Source: Fonticula alba ATCC 38817
Taxonomy: Eukaryota; Protista; Nucleariida
Assembly (NCBI GenBank): GCA_000388065.2
Contig: KB932211.1
Length of the DNA: 51,717 bases
Reading direction: 5' to 3' (one strand)
The translations under genes were made by a program, and so were the position numbers. Of this stretch, positions 36,878 through 49,039 are shown one piece after another. The notes beneath the pieces were generated by a model. The model ran no database searches, was not told the origin of the DNA, and was given only the letters and a program-made list of their open reading frames with translations. Each line of letters begins with the position of its first letter. Position 1 is the first letter of the stretch.

Positions 36878-39800
36878 NNNNNNNNNNNNNNNNNNNNNNN
36901 NNNNNNNNNNNNNNNNNNNNNNNNNNNNNNNNNNNNNNNNNNNNNNNNNNNNNNNNNNNNNNNNNNNNNNNNNNNNNNNNNNNNNNNNNNNNNNNNNNNN
37001 NNNNNNNNNNNNNNNNNNNNNNNNNNNNNNNNNNNNNNNNNNNNNNNNNNNNNNNNNGATTGCTCGCAGCCGGCCCAGGTGCTCCTGTTCCAGCGCGTGG
37101 CCATCGCCCTGCGGCCGGTCCGCCTGACGGTCGAGCACTTCCGCAAATTCGTCGCCAAGAAGGCCCCGCACCTGGCGGACCTGCTGGCCTTCCTGGACTC
37201 GGATCGGTGCACCTTCGGCCGACTGCCCCAGCGGGAGAATGCCTGGCCCGGGCCGGCCGTGGCCTTCGGGTGCTCCCTGGTGCAGGGGGCCTCGCAGCTG
37301 ACCACGGTGGCGGCCCTGCGCTCGCCGCGGCTGCTGGCCGGCGTGCTGCCGGCCATGGGCAGCACCGGCAGCAGCAGCAGCAGCAGCAGCACCTCCGGAT
37401 CGCCAGTGGCCCCGATGCACCCGCTGGCCGGGCTGGACCCGGCGCCGGACGCCCCGGACCCCGGGGTGTGCCACACGCGCTGGGTGTCGACGGTCTTCCC
37501 GCGGCAGTTGGAGCCCGGGTGCGCGGCGGTGCGCTTCCGCCGCCGGCAAAACGAAGTCCTGGCCACCATCGGCAGTGTCATGCGGTGCGTCGGCCTGTGT
37601 CGGTCACATCCGCGCGCGCGCGCACACACACACACACCCGCACGCTGTGTTCCTCCGCTTTCCCTGCTCCCCCCCCTCCTTCGCCCCCCTTCGCCCCTTC
37701 CTCTCGCTTGCGCCTTCTTCCCTCTCTGCATGCAATGCATGGCTCGCGCCCTGACCGCCGCATGACCGGGCCCCCCTCTGTGGCGCCGGCAGAAATATCT
37801 CCCCCACCGGGCTCTACCTGGCCGTCAACCAGGTGGCCATGAACCAGTCGCTGCTGATCACCGGGCCCCGGGGGTATCCCGGCAGCACGGTGTCCATGTG
37901 CGTGGCGTCGGCCGTCATCTGGCTGCTGGTGTCCAATGAGCCGGCCCTGGCCGGGGTGTCGCTGCGGCGGCTGCTCGAGGACCCGGGGTCGGTGCCGGCG
38001 GGGGCGCGGCCGCGCGGGGCCTCGGGCTCCGGCGGGCCCGGCCCCGGGTCCGGGTCCAAGCCGGCCGGCGTGCTGGCCCCGGATGCGGACCCCACGCTGC
38101 AGGCCACCGGCCTGATTGCGCCGCTGCGGTACTCCATGATCTTCGTGCCGTCCATCCACTACACCGGGCTGGCCATCGTCAACTTCCTGTCGTCCATCCT
38201 CCTGGCCACGGCGCACATGGTGTACCGGGTGCCGGGCGGCCTGGACCCGGACCAGCTGGACGACGAGGACCCGGATGACATGGGCCTCGGCCGGGCCCGG
38301 CATGTGGGCCTCGACGGGTCGGCCTCCGGGCAGGTGCAGCTCCCCACCGACTTCGGCATGGCCACCGACTCCGGGGAGGAGCGGGACCCGGAGGAGGAGC
38401 AGGAGGAGCAGGAGGCGCACGAGGAAGACGGCGAGGACGAGCCGAGCCCCGGGCCGGGGGGGGCCTTCGGCAGCCGGGCCGGGTCCTCCTCGGGGCTGGC
38501 CTCGGGCTCGGGCTCGGGCTCGAGTCTGGCCTCGGGGCCGGGGGCCGGGCCCGCGCCGGCCACCCTCTCGCCCTTTGCCCTGCTGAGCGACCTGCTGCCG
38601 CTGGTCCCGGTCAATCGGGCCTTCGATGGGGAGGAGCAGCCGCTGGCGCACTTGGACCTGAGCAGCCGGCACTTCCTCGGGGTGGACAATGCCCAGGACT
38701 TGGATGCCTTCGGGCAGCAGATGCTGCTGAGTGACCTGCACGAGCGCCAAGTGGCGCGGGCCTTCGGGTCGACCGGGGGCCCGGGGCGCCGGCCCGGCGA
38801 CGGGCCGGATGCCGCGCCGGCGTCGGCCTCCACGCCGGGGCTGGCCGGCAGCCCGGCCATGGCCGCCGGCGGGTCGACCACCGCCGGCAGCCTGGCCACC
38901 ACCATCACCAACTTGCCCGGGCGCCTGTACCAGTCGGTCAGCGCGCTGAGCCCGAGCGGGTCGTCCAGCCCGGCGCTTGGGCCGGCCGGGGCCGGGCCCG
39001 GGCCGGGCCCGGGTCCCAGCCCGCCCATGAGCCTGGCCTCGCTGGAGCTGTTTTGGGAAATCTCCAAATACCTGCGGGACATGGGGAATGCGGCGGCCAC
39101 GGCGGCCGGGACCGGGCTGCGCCTGGCCGTCGACCAGTTTGCCTCCTGCTCGCCGGTGGCCCTGCAAGTGTCGCCGCACTTCCCGAAGCTGTCGCCGCCG
39201 GTGGCCGACTCGTCGACCGGCGGCCCGCCGACCAAGCGCGCCCTGCTGTCCTTCTTCCTGGACCGGCACTTCCGCGCGGCCCCGGAGCAGCTGTACCCCT
39301 GGCTCATGTCGCTGGTGGCGCAGCCATCCCTGTCGCCGCACAGCTTCGTGTGCAATCGCCTGGTGTTCAGCCTGCGGTATGGGGCCCGGGTGCTGATGGC
39401 CAGCAATCTGGGCCTGGCCGAGGATTGCGTGCGCTTTGTCACCCCGACCGGGCGGCTGGTGGACTCGCCGCAAATGCAGGCCCTCGCGTCGTTGCCCTAC
39501 TCGGCGCCGCTGCAGTCGCCCTTCGGCGGGCTGGTGATCGGGGCGCCCGGGCCCCGGGGGTCGCCCTTCGGCGGGCTGGGCGCCCCGGCGGCCGGGGCGT
39601 CGGCCGGCGCCGGCGGCAACCCGATCCCGGGCCAGTCGCGCGGGGCCATTGCGGTCATCACGCCGGCCGGGCTGCTGGCCGGCCGGCCGGGGCCCGAGCC
39701 GGCCGAGCACGACGACACGGCCGAGGCCCTGCTTGTCCAGTCGCTGACCCTGTCCGGGCTGTTTGACTCGTCGGATGGGTCGTGCCCGGGGTCGTCGTGC

Positions 39801-42800
39801 TCGAGCCCGGGCCCGGGCGAGCCGGCCCCCGGGCCCGGGCGCCGGTCCTTCGCCAGCGACGTGGCCAGCATCGAGGAGCTGGTGGAGCTGGTGGATGTCG
39901 GGGTCCTCGGGCCGGGGGCCGGGGCCTCCTCCGGGCCGCCGTCGTCGTCGTCGTCGTGCTCATCGTCGCCGCTGCTGCAGCAGGCCCTGCGCGCGGGCGG
40001 CCTGCAGCCGGAGCCCCTGCAGTCGGAGGCCCCGGCCCCGCGGCCGCGGTCCGCCTCGCTGCGCGGCGGCAGTGGGCCCGGGGGGCTGGTGCGGCCCGGC
40101 TCGGCCGGGCTGTCGCCCCTGTCGACCCTGCCGGCCGGCGGCCAGCACCACCACCCGGCGGCGGCGGGGGGGCCCTACTCGCCGGTGTCGGGGGGTGCCT
40201 CGCCCGGGGGCTTCAGCCGCATGTCGGCCCCGGCCATGCCGCTGAGCATGGCCGGCCCCGGGGCCGGGCTCTCGGCGCTGGCCATGTCGCCGGTGCTGTC
40301 GTCGCTCCTGCCGCGGCCCCCCTCGCCGGGGCTGGCCCCGGTGGTGGTGGCCCCGTCCATCTCCTCGCCCTCGGCCTCGCTGATGCGGTCGTCCTCCAGC
40401 TTCCTGATGACCTGTGTGCCGGGAGCCGAGGGCCAGGCCGGGGGGCCGGCCGGCCCGGCGGCGCCCACCCTCTCGCCGCTGACCGGCGAGCTGGTGCCGG
40501 ACGAGGCGGCCAAGCCGGCGCCGGCCGGCCCGGCCCCGCTGCTGCTGCTGCAGCGGTCGCACTCGGCCATGCCGGCGCTCGGGGCCGCCGGCCGGGGCGC
40601 GGCGCGGCGGGACACGCCGGGGCCCGGGCCGGCCGGCAAGCCCCCCGCGGCCCGGCCCCCGGCCCTCGGCGGGCCGCTGGTGTCGCTGGTCGGGGCGTGC
40701 CTGTGTGCCTGCTGCACGGTGGCCCTGGGCCCGGAGGCCGGGGAGGCCGGCCCGGCGGCCGGGCTGGCGCGGCTCTGGGTGGCCGAGCTGCTCGGGGCCC
40801 GGTGCGCCTTCTGCCGGCCGATCTTCTTCCAGGCCGGCGACGCGGCCCCGGACCCGGGGCACACGCTGTTCCCGTGCTTCCAGCTGGGGCTGGCCGGGGC
40901 CGGGGCCCTGGGCCGGGCCCTGACCAATCCGGTGGACACGCTGCTCCGGTCGCGCGCCGGCCCGGCGGCGGTGGACTTCACCGAGCACCTGTTCTTGAAC
41001 TTCGAGCAATTCAGCCGGCAGGTGGCCCGGGGCAGCCTGCTGGACCAGGCCCTGGTCCTGCGGCTGCGCACCTTCAACCCCTTCGTCAGCCTCATCCAGC
41101 AGTGCCTGCTCCACCCGCCGGTGCCGGCCCTCGGCACGGTCACCCTGCGGGCCAACCTCTTCCCGGCCGAGGTGCATGCCCTGCTGCATGATGACCTGGA
41201 GGCCGTGGACCCGGAGGAGGCGCCCTATGGCCCGGGGTCGCCGCTGGCCACGCTGGCCTCGCTGGTGCTGTCGTACTTTGGCCACGGCCGGGCGGGGTTC
41301 CGGCCGCTGCTGGCCGGCGGCGAGGGTGGCGGCGGCGGCGGTGCCCTCCGTCCGGGGCCCGGCGGCACCGGCGGCACCGGCGGCACCCGGCCGGGGCGAC
41401 AGTGCTCGGCCGTGTGGCCGGGCGTGCCCGGCAGCAAGCCCGGGCCCGGGGCCCTGCAGCCGACCCTCCGGCTGCCGGTGCCCACCGGGCCGCACCCCCC
41501 GCGCGACCCCCTGCACCCGAGCACGGCCGCCCCCGGGTCCGGGCAGCCCCCGCGGCAGTGCTCGCTGGCGGACTTGCGCTTCTTCAGCGCGGCCAATGTG
41601 GCCGACAGCGCGCTGCACCTGGTGTCGCTGGTGGCCTGGCTCAGCTGGCTGACCGTGGTCCGGGCCTCGGAGCTGACCTTCGGCTATCTGGCCGGGCCGA
41701 ATGGCGAGGCGCTGACCCCGGCGGACCTGGTGGCCCGGCTGGAGGTGACGCGCTTCGCCACGCGCATGGAGATGGGGCTCCTGTCGTCGGGCGGGTGGCT
41801 GGCCGGGCCGGCCCCCTCCATGGCCGGGCCGCTGGCCGGGCCTGCCTGGTCCGAGTGGGCTGCCGGCGGGGCGCCCGGGCTGAGCCCGGCCGCGGCGGCT
41901 GCCTCCTCCTCGGCCTTCGGGGTGTATGCCCCGGGGGCCGGGCCGACGGCTGCCACCACCCCGGGGCCGGCCTCCCCCGGCATCGGGAGCCCCCTGTCCC
42001 CGGGGCCCGAGCAGAATGGCGGCCTGGACTATGTGGATGGGGGCGGCCTGCTGGGGGCCTTCTCGGCGCTGCTCTTCAACCAGGACTCGGCCGCGGCCCC
42101 GGTCAAGCCGCTCAGCTCGCACAACATCCCCCCGACCTCCTACCTGTCGGATGTGATGGCGCGGTACTCGCCGCAGACGGGGGCGGCGGCGGCGGCGGCG
42201 GCGGCCGCGGTGACGGCAGCCGCCGCCGCGGCCGCCTCCTCGGCCGCCGCCGGCCCCACCGGGCGCACCGTTCCCGGCATGCGCTCGCGCCGTCCCGGCC
42301 GGTCGGGCGCCTCCTCGGCCTTCCGGGTGCCCGGGTCCGCTGCGGGCGGCCTTTCGACCGGGGCCTCGGCCGGCACCGGGGTCTCGCCGTCATCCTCCTC
42401 GGGCTCCCTGCCGGCGGGCGGGGCGTCGGGTGGCCGCGCCGCCGCGGTGGCGGCCAAGCGGCCTGCCGGCCCGGCCGGGCGCGCGGGGCCGCCTGGCCCG
42501 CCGGGTGCCGGGGCGTCTGCGCCCCCGGCGCCGCCGCTGCCGGCCGGGGCGTCGGCCTGGCGCCCGGGCCCCGGCGCCCCGGCACCGCCACCACCACCAC
42601 CGCCGCCGCCGCCGCCGCCGCCGCCACCGCTGCCGCCGTCGGGCCCGGCTGCCTCCGGCGGGCCCGGGTCTCGGCGCCGGGGCCAGGCCCCGCCCGAGGC
42701 CGGCCGGCCGACGGCCGACGGCCACCTGCTGCCCTCGCTGTCGATCCTCGGGGCCCTGGGCGTGACGGTGCCGTCGGCCGGGCCGGGGCACCTGGGCGAC

Positions 42801-43918
42801 GCGGACGCCGGCCCGCGGGCGGCCAGGCCGGACGCCGCGTGCCCGGTGCTGTCGAGCGCCGAGGCGGCCAGCATCGGCAGCGGCTTCGACCCGGATGCCG
42901 AGATCACGCGCCTGCTGGAGGGGGTCCCCCTGTCCTCGGTCCGGTACAATTTGATGCTGCTGTGCGCGGCGTCCGGGCGCTTCAGCGAGCAGTCGCTGTC
43001 GGCGGAACTGGCCCAGGTGGACCAGGCCGAGCGGCACATCCGCGATGCCCTGCTCCTGCGGGCCTACCTGAACAAGGAGTTTGCGGCGCAGCGCGGCGCC
43101 TTCCTGGGGGCCGGGCCGGGCCGGGCGGGCGGGCCGGTCGTGTCGGCCCCCGGCCGCCACAGCTCCAGCCCCGCCAGCCAGCCCTTCTTCCAGACGACCA
43201 TGAGCCTGCGCGAGGCGCTGCTCAGCCCGGAGTCGGTGCCGGATGAGTCGGCGCCGGACTTGGCCGGCGCCGCGGCCCTCGACGACGGCCTGGCCGTGCC
43301 CACGGTCTCGGCGTGCACCTGTGCCCTGGACCATGCGGCCGGGCGGGCGACGCCGGCCGGCCCGGCCCCGCCGCGCGGCTTCTTCGCCGACGTGGTCGAT
43401 CTGTCGGACTGGAATGTCTGGGCCTCCGGCTGGTGTGGCCAGTGGTACGTCGGTGTCTTTGCTGCCGCTCTGCCTCCTCCGCGTTTTTTTTGTGTTTGCT
43501 GCCCCCCGGGGCCGCCCGCCTCGCGTGCCCGCCNNNNNNNNNNNNNNNNNNNNNNNNNNNNNNNNNNNNNNNNNNNNNNNNNNNNNNNNNNNNNNNNNNN
43601 NNNNNNNNNNNNNNNNNNNNNNNNNNNNNNNNNNNNNNNNNNNNNNNNNNNNNNNNNNNNNNNNNNNNNNNNNNNNNNNNNNNNNNNNNNNNNNNNNNNN
43701 NNNNNNNNNNNNNNNNNNNNNNNNNNNNNNNNNNNNNNNNNNNNNNNNNNNNNNNNNNNNNNNNNNNNNNNNNNNNNNNNNNNNNNNNNNNNNNNNNNNN
43801 NNNNNACGGCTCCAGCCCGCGGGCGGAGGACGAGCCCGCCCGGGGCCGGGGTGCCCCAACCTCGCGGCGCGTGTTCCAGCACCGGGAACCTCCGGACGGA
43901 GTAGGGCCGGGTGACCGG

Positions 43919-43950
<32 letters not shown>

Positions 43951-46465
43951 CGCGGCCGAAGTGCGGCGGGCGCGGCCCCTGCCACCCGGCGCCGGTGTGC
44001 CTGATGCTGACATGTGTCCCGTCGCCTGCCCGGCAGTGAGCTTCTCGCAGGATGTCCTGTCCCAGCCGTTCATCATGCAGGATGGGACCCTGCTGCCGAC
44101 GGAGCGCGGCCCGGCGGTCACCTCGACCGGGGCCCCGGTGCGCATCCGGCTGCCGGCCGGGCCGGACGCCGGGCCCGGGTCCACCGGGCAGGCCGTCTCC
44201 CGGCTGGGGGCCATCCTGGGCGCGGTGGCCCACAACCACGACCTGGACAGCCACCTGGCCGGGGACATTTCCTCGCACAGTGAGATTGCCATTTCCTCGC
44301 CGTCGCTGGCCCGGCGGTTCATGCGCTTCCCGACGCTGGCGGTGCCGGCCTGCCGCCGGACGGTGGCCTTCGCCGAGCAGCTGCTCACCTTCACCTCGGC
44401 CACGGCCGAGCGCTGGGTCGGCCTCATGCTGGCCGGCGATGCGGGCGCCGGTGGGCCCGGGCTCGCTGGGCCGCCGCCGCCGCCGCCGCCGGCCCCGGGG
44501 CCCGGGGTGCTGGCCGGCCCGCCGGCGACCCCGCCGCCGGCCGCGCGCCCGGCCGGCGCGCCAGTCCCCTCGCAGCGCCCCCCGGCCGACGGGCCCACCT
44601 CGCCGGTGGTGCCCCTCCTGGCGTCGCCCTTCCAGCAGGGGCTGACCGGCGGCGAGGCGGCTGGCGGCCGGTCGCCGATGCGGCGGCCCGGCGCCGGGGG
44701 GCTCCCCCCGACGTCGGCCCCGGCGGCGGCAGTGGGGCACTTTTCGAGCGCCGCCCCGGCGGTCGCGGCGGCCAGCCAGCTTTCGGCCGCGGCCACGGCC
44801 TCCGGCCAGCCGGAGCCCAGTGCCAAGCCGGCCGCGGCCCCGGCGCCGGGCTCGCAGCCGCAGCCGCCGGCCCCGGCCCCGGCCCCGGCCCCGGCGCAGT
44901 CGCCCGCCCGGCCGCCGGCCGAGGGGGCCCTCTGCCCGGTGTGCCGGCAGGCCCTGCAGTCGTCGCTCTTCTTCGTCTACCAGATGGCCCTGTCGCCGGG
45001 GGAGCCGATGACCCTGCCCCTCGGGGCCCCGGGGTCGTCCCTCTCCTCGGAGGGGCTGGCGTCGCTGGTGCTGAATGCCATCTTCCCGCTGGTGTCCGCG
45101 CGGAATCAGTGCCCCCGGGCCGGGTGCTTCGGCAGCCTGTACTACACCCTCCGGGCGTTGCTCTGCCCGCAGACCCTGACCCGGAGCCTGTCCAGCCGGC
45201 CGGACAGCGGGGCCTGCGCCTGCGCCGTGTCGCCGGGGCCGGAGGACGCGGCCCTGGCGCCGGCCGGCCTGGGCGATGCGAATGCCGGCCGGCCGCCGTC
45301 GCCCTCGCCGCTGGGCTCCCGGCCCGGCCCCGGGGCCGATGGCCTGCTGCCGGTGGTCGGGGGCATGATGCTGTCCGGGCCCCCGGACCCGGAGTACCAC
45401 CCGGCCAATGGCGACGGGCCCGGTGCCCAGCATCCGCACCCCTCCTCGCCGGGGCGGTTCCTGTCCTCCCTGCGCGGGGGCCTGACCCTGGCCGAGGCCT
45501 ACCGGAAGGATCGCTTCCGCCGGGCCAATGCCTCGGAGGACACGCGCGCCCGGTCGGCCTCCGTGTCCCGGAGCCGGTCCTCCAGCTACCAGAATCTGCC
45601 GGAGCACCGGCCGGGCGCCGGGGCCGCGGCGGGGCCCACGCCGCTGGCGGCCCTCGGCCTGGGGCCGGCCGGCTCCCCCGGCACTGGCGGTGTCCTCCCC
45701 CCGGCCGGGCCGGCCACCGGCACCGGCAGCAACAGCTCGCTGGCCCAGCAGCCCTCGCAGCCATCGCAGCCGCAGTCGCAGCGGCGCCTGCTCGAGGGCG
45801 AGGGGCTCCTCTCCGGCCCGATGCAGGCGTACACCCTGCTGACGTACCCGCAGATGGCCGGCGACATGGGGCCGGGCCCCGGGGCCCGGCTTGGCTCGGG
45901 GCCGGGCCCGGTGGCGGCCGTCGGGGCCGGTGCCACGGCCGGCCCCGGCCCCGGCCCCGGCCAGGCCCCCCTGACCGGGGCCGGCTGCTTGGCGGCCCTG
46001 GTCGGCGGCCCGTGCACCTGCGGCGGCCGGTGTGAAAGCCACTCGCCGGTGCTGACGCCGACCAAGTGGCGCGCCGGCGGGGCGGCGGTGCCCGGCTCGC
46101 CGGCGCCCTCGCCACTGACGCCCCGGCGGCCGGGCCCCGGCGGGGCGGCGGCCGACGCGCTGGCCGCCGCCGCGGCCGAGCTCCAGCACCTGGCCCTCAT
46201 CTCGGTGGAGCTGCCCTCCCTGCCCGGGGTGGTGGTCCGGGTGCCGGTCCTCTTCGCCGATGAGGCGGCCTTCGCCACGGTCTTCCGGTGGACTCTGGCC
46301 CAGCTGTCCAACCCCCGGGCCACCACGATCCTCCCCTCGCACAGCACCTCGGCCTCGTACCGGTGGCACCCGGCGGATGTGGCCCCGGCCGCCGCGCCGG
46401 CCGTCGCCCTTCGCCAGTACTTCCCCCACCTCCGGGCGGCCCTGGCGCCGGAGATGGCGCCCTGA
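34387..46465 (+). CDS. Very large (~3500 aa) protein; putative highly degenerate Yta7/ATAD2-like tandem AAA pseudo-ATPase with additional Cys-rich C-terminal modules
   Basis: Exons 34387-34577, 34742-34919, 35010-35329, 35431-36637, ~37070-37584, 37793-43444, a probable partial exon near 43806-43910, and 44037-46465. Phases are consistent except across the gaps (36878-37057, 43534-43805). Single-gene continuity across the second gap is inferred. The family assignment rests on remembered motif order only. Confidence 0.6.
36671..36790 (+). repeat. Intronic 9-10-bp minisatellite (CATCCTGTTC)n
   Basis: Directly visible, followed by a ~50-nt poly-C run and a gap. Confidence 0.9.
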
Positions 46466-47493
46466 GGCGCCGGCCCTGCGCGGGGGGGGGCCCCCCCGCG
46501 CACAATACACGGAATAGAGATCTGCACGGCGCTCCGTTGGCAGTACGCGGTCGATCGCGCCCCCGGAGCGTGGCGGACCGTTATGCATGTTCTCCCCCGG
46601 CGGGGGCGGGGGGGCGGGGGGGCAGCCGGGGCAGCGCTGGGGCTGGGGCGCCTTTGGCATAACGGGGGGGGGGATTTGAAATGCCGGCCGCGGAGCACGC
46701 GTGCGGCGCGGCCGGTCGCCGGGGCCCTTGCCGGGCGGCCCCGGCCACCATCGCAAAGCCGGCTCCGGCTGGGGCCGCCGCCGGGCGCGCGCGATCTGCC
46801 GCGTGCGGCGGCGACCGGCCGGGGGGCCGACCGGCGGGGGCGGGCCAAAAGCGCGCCGGCCCCGACACGCCGACAGGGCTCGCGAGGCCCATGCTCCCCC
46901 CCTCCGCACCTCCCTCCCGCGCGCACGCACGCACCCCCACCCACCCATACACACGCCCGCACACGCCCGCACACATATACACACAAACGTACCCGCCGAC
47001 CCGAGACGCCAGACTGTTCCGGCTGCCAGCGCTCGCTCGCCCCCGAGGCGCAAGCCCCCTGTCCCTGCATCCGCATCTCCGCCCGCATCGACGCCTGCTC
47101 TTGCCCTGCCTCGCGTCGGCCGGCCTCCGTGCATTTGCCTCCTCGGCCCCCACCGCCCGGCACTCGGCCGCCACCCAGCCGCCGGCACCCCGCGTGGAGG
47201 ATCTCCGTGCGTCGTCTCCCTCGGACAGCCCCGCCCGCCCTCGGTGTCGTGCTCTCGCCCTGACGGACCCTCTGCTGCCCCCGCCCCCCCCCCCCCCCCC
47301 CCCCCCCCGCCCCCCCCCCCCCCGGCCCCCCCCCCCCCACCCCCCCCGCCCCGCGCCCCCCCCCCCCCCCCCCCCCCCCTCCCGGACCGAGCCAGTCACC
47401 TCGTCCACTGCCGTCGCCTTTGCCAGCATCAACACGGCTCTCACGGCCGACGTCGCACTCCAGGCCTCCAGGCGCCTGTTGAACAGTAGCAGC

Positions 47494-47580
47494 ATGCCCC
47501 CTGCGCGCAAGCCCAACCCCGGGGCCCCGATCACGGCGGCCTCCATCTCGGCCTTTTTCGCGCCGCGCACGGCCAAGCCG

Positions 47581-47613
<33 letters not shown>

Positions 47614-48241
47614 ACCACCACCGCTACCAGTGATGACCCGGCCCCCAAGCCGGAGACCGGCGCCCTGGACGCGGCTGGCGTCAAGCGCGAGCACCCGGCG
47701 GCCGACGTCCTGGACGATGCCCAGACGGCCAAGCGCCTGAAGGTTGAGACCGCAAACACCCCGGCCGCGGATGCCTCGACTCCCGAGGAGGAGCCTGCCC
47801 CCTGGCCGGTGGGCTCGCCGTGCGTCCCTCCCCCCTCCTCCCCTCCTTTGCCCCTGCCCCCTGCCCCTTGCGAGTATCTGACCCCTCCCCCCGCCTCGCA
47901 TGTGCCCGCCCGCCCGCCCACACATATAGCGTCCCCTACTCCGCCCTGACGGACACCTTCCAGGCGGTGGAATCCACCACCAAGCGGTACGCCAGTGCAC
48001 ATGCCGCGGCCGCGCGCCCCCCGCCACCGGACACCTGACCCCCCCGCCCGCCCCACCCGCCTGGCCTCCGGCGCCCGGCCGACTGCCAGGCTCATCATCA
48101 CGGAGCTTCTTTGCGCCTTCTTCCGCCAGGTGATCTACCGCTCGCCGGAGGACCTGATTGCATGCGTGTATTTGTGCATCAACCGAGTGCGTTGATGCCT
48201 GGCCCTCGGCAGCCCGAGGCCCGCTGGCTTGCCGCTCGTAC

Positions 48242-48272
<31 letters not shown>

Positions 48273-48516
48273 ACAGCCAGCCATATCGCGACATCCAGGC
48301 CTCACACTCGGGGAGATGAGTGACGCCACAGCCTACACCCACATACACACACCTTCGCCCATGCAGATGCTCTCCTTTTTGCCTGTCCTTGGATTTGTGC
48401 CTTGTCTCGCCGGCGGCCCTTGCTGGCCCTTCCGCCCGGCGGGCGCTCGGGGTGCCGGTTTTCATGCCCTGCCGCCGGCCTCGGGTGTTTGTTCTCCGGG
48501 GTCTGGGGGGGGGGGG

Positions 48517-48563
<47 letters not shown>

Positions 48564-48994
48564 GGGGGGGGACAACGGGCGCGCCCCTTCGCGCTCGGGG
48601 CGCTTCGCCACGCTCGCCGCCCCCGGGGACTCCTCTGACCTTTGGTCCCTCTCTCGCCGTCTGCAGGTGGCCCCCGCCTTTGAGGGTGTCGAGCTCGGCC
48701 TCGGGGAGTCCATCCTGGTGAAGGCCATCTCCGAGTCGACCGGGCGCACCCCGGCGGCCATCCGCACGCAGCTGGCCAGCGTCGGGGATCTGGGCACCAT
48801 TGCCCAGGCCAGTCGCCTGAAGCAGGCCACCCTGATGAAGCCCGCCCGGCTGACCGTGCGCCGGGTGCTGGCATCGCTGCGTGAGATTGCCCACTTCTCC
48901 GGGTCCAGCGTACGTGTGCTCGGGTGTGCGGCTTGTTCGCCGGGGGCGTGTGCACTGCCCTCTTCTGCCGGCCGTTAATTTGACCCCGCCCCCT

Positions 48995-49039
<45 letters not shown>

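Noticed and set aside
47281-48570. Strand bias of intronic poly-C/poly-G tracts as a splicing signal
   Set aside because: Both poly-C and poly-G occur on the sense strand of neighbouring introns, and homopolymer lengths in this draft are unreliable.
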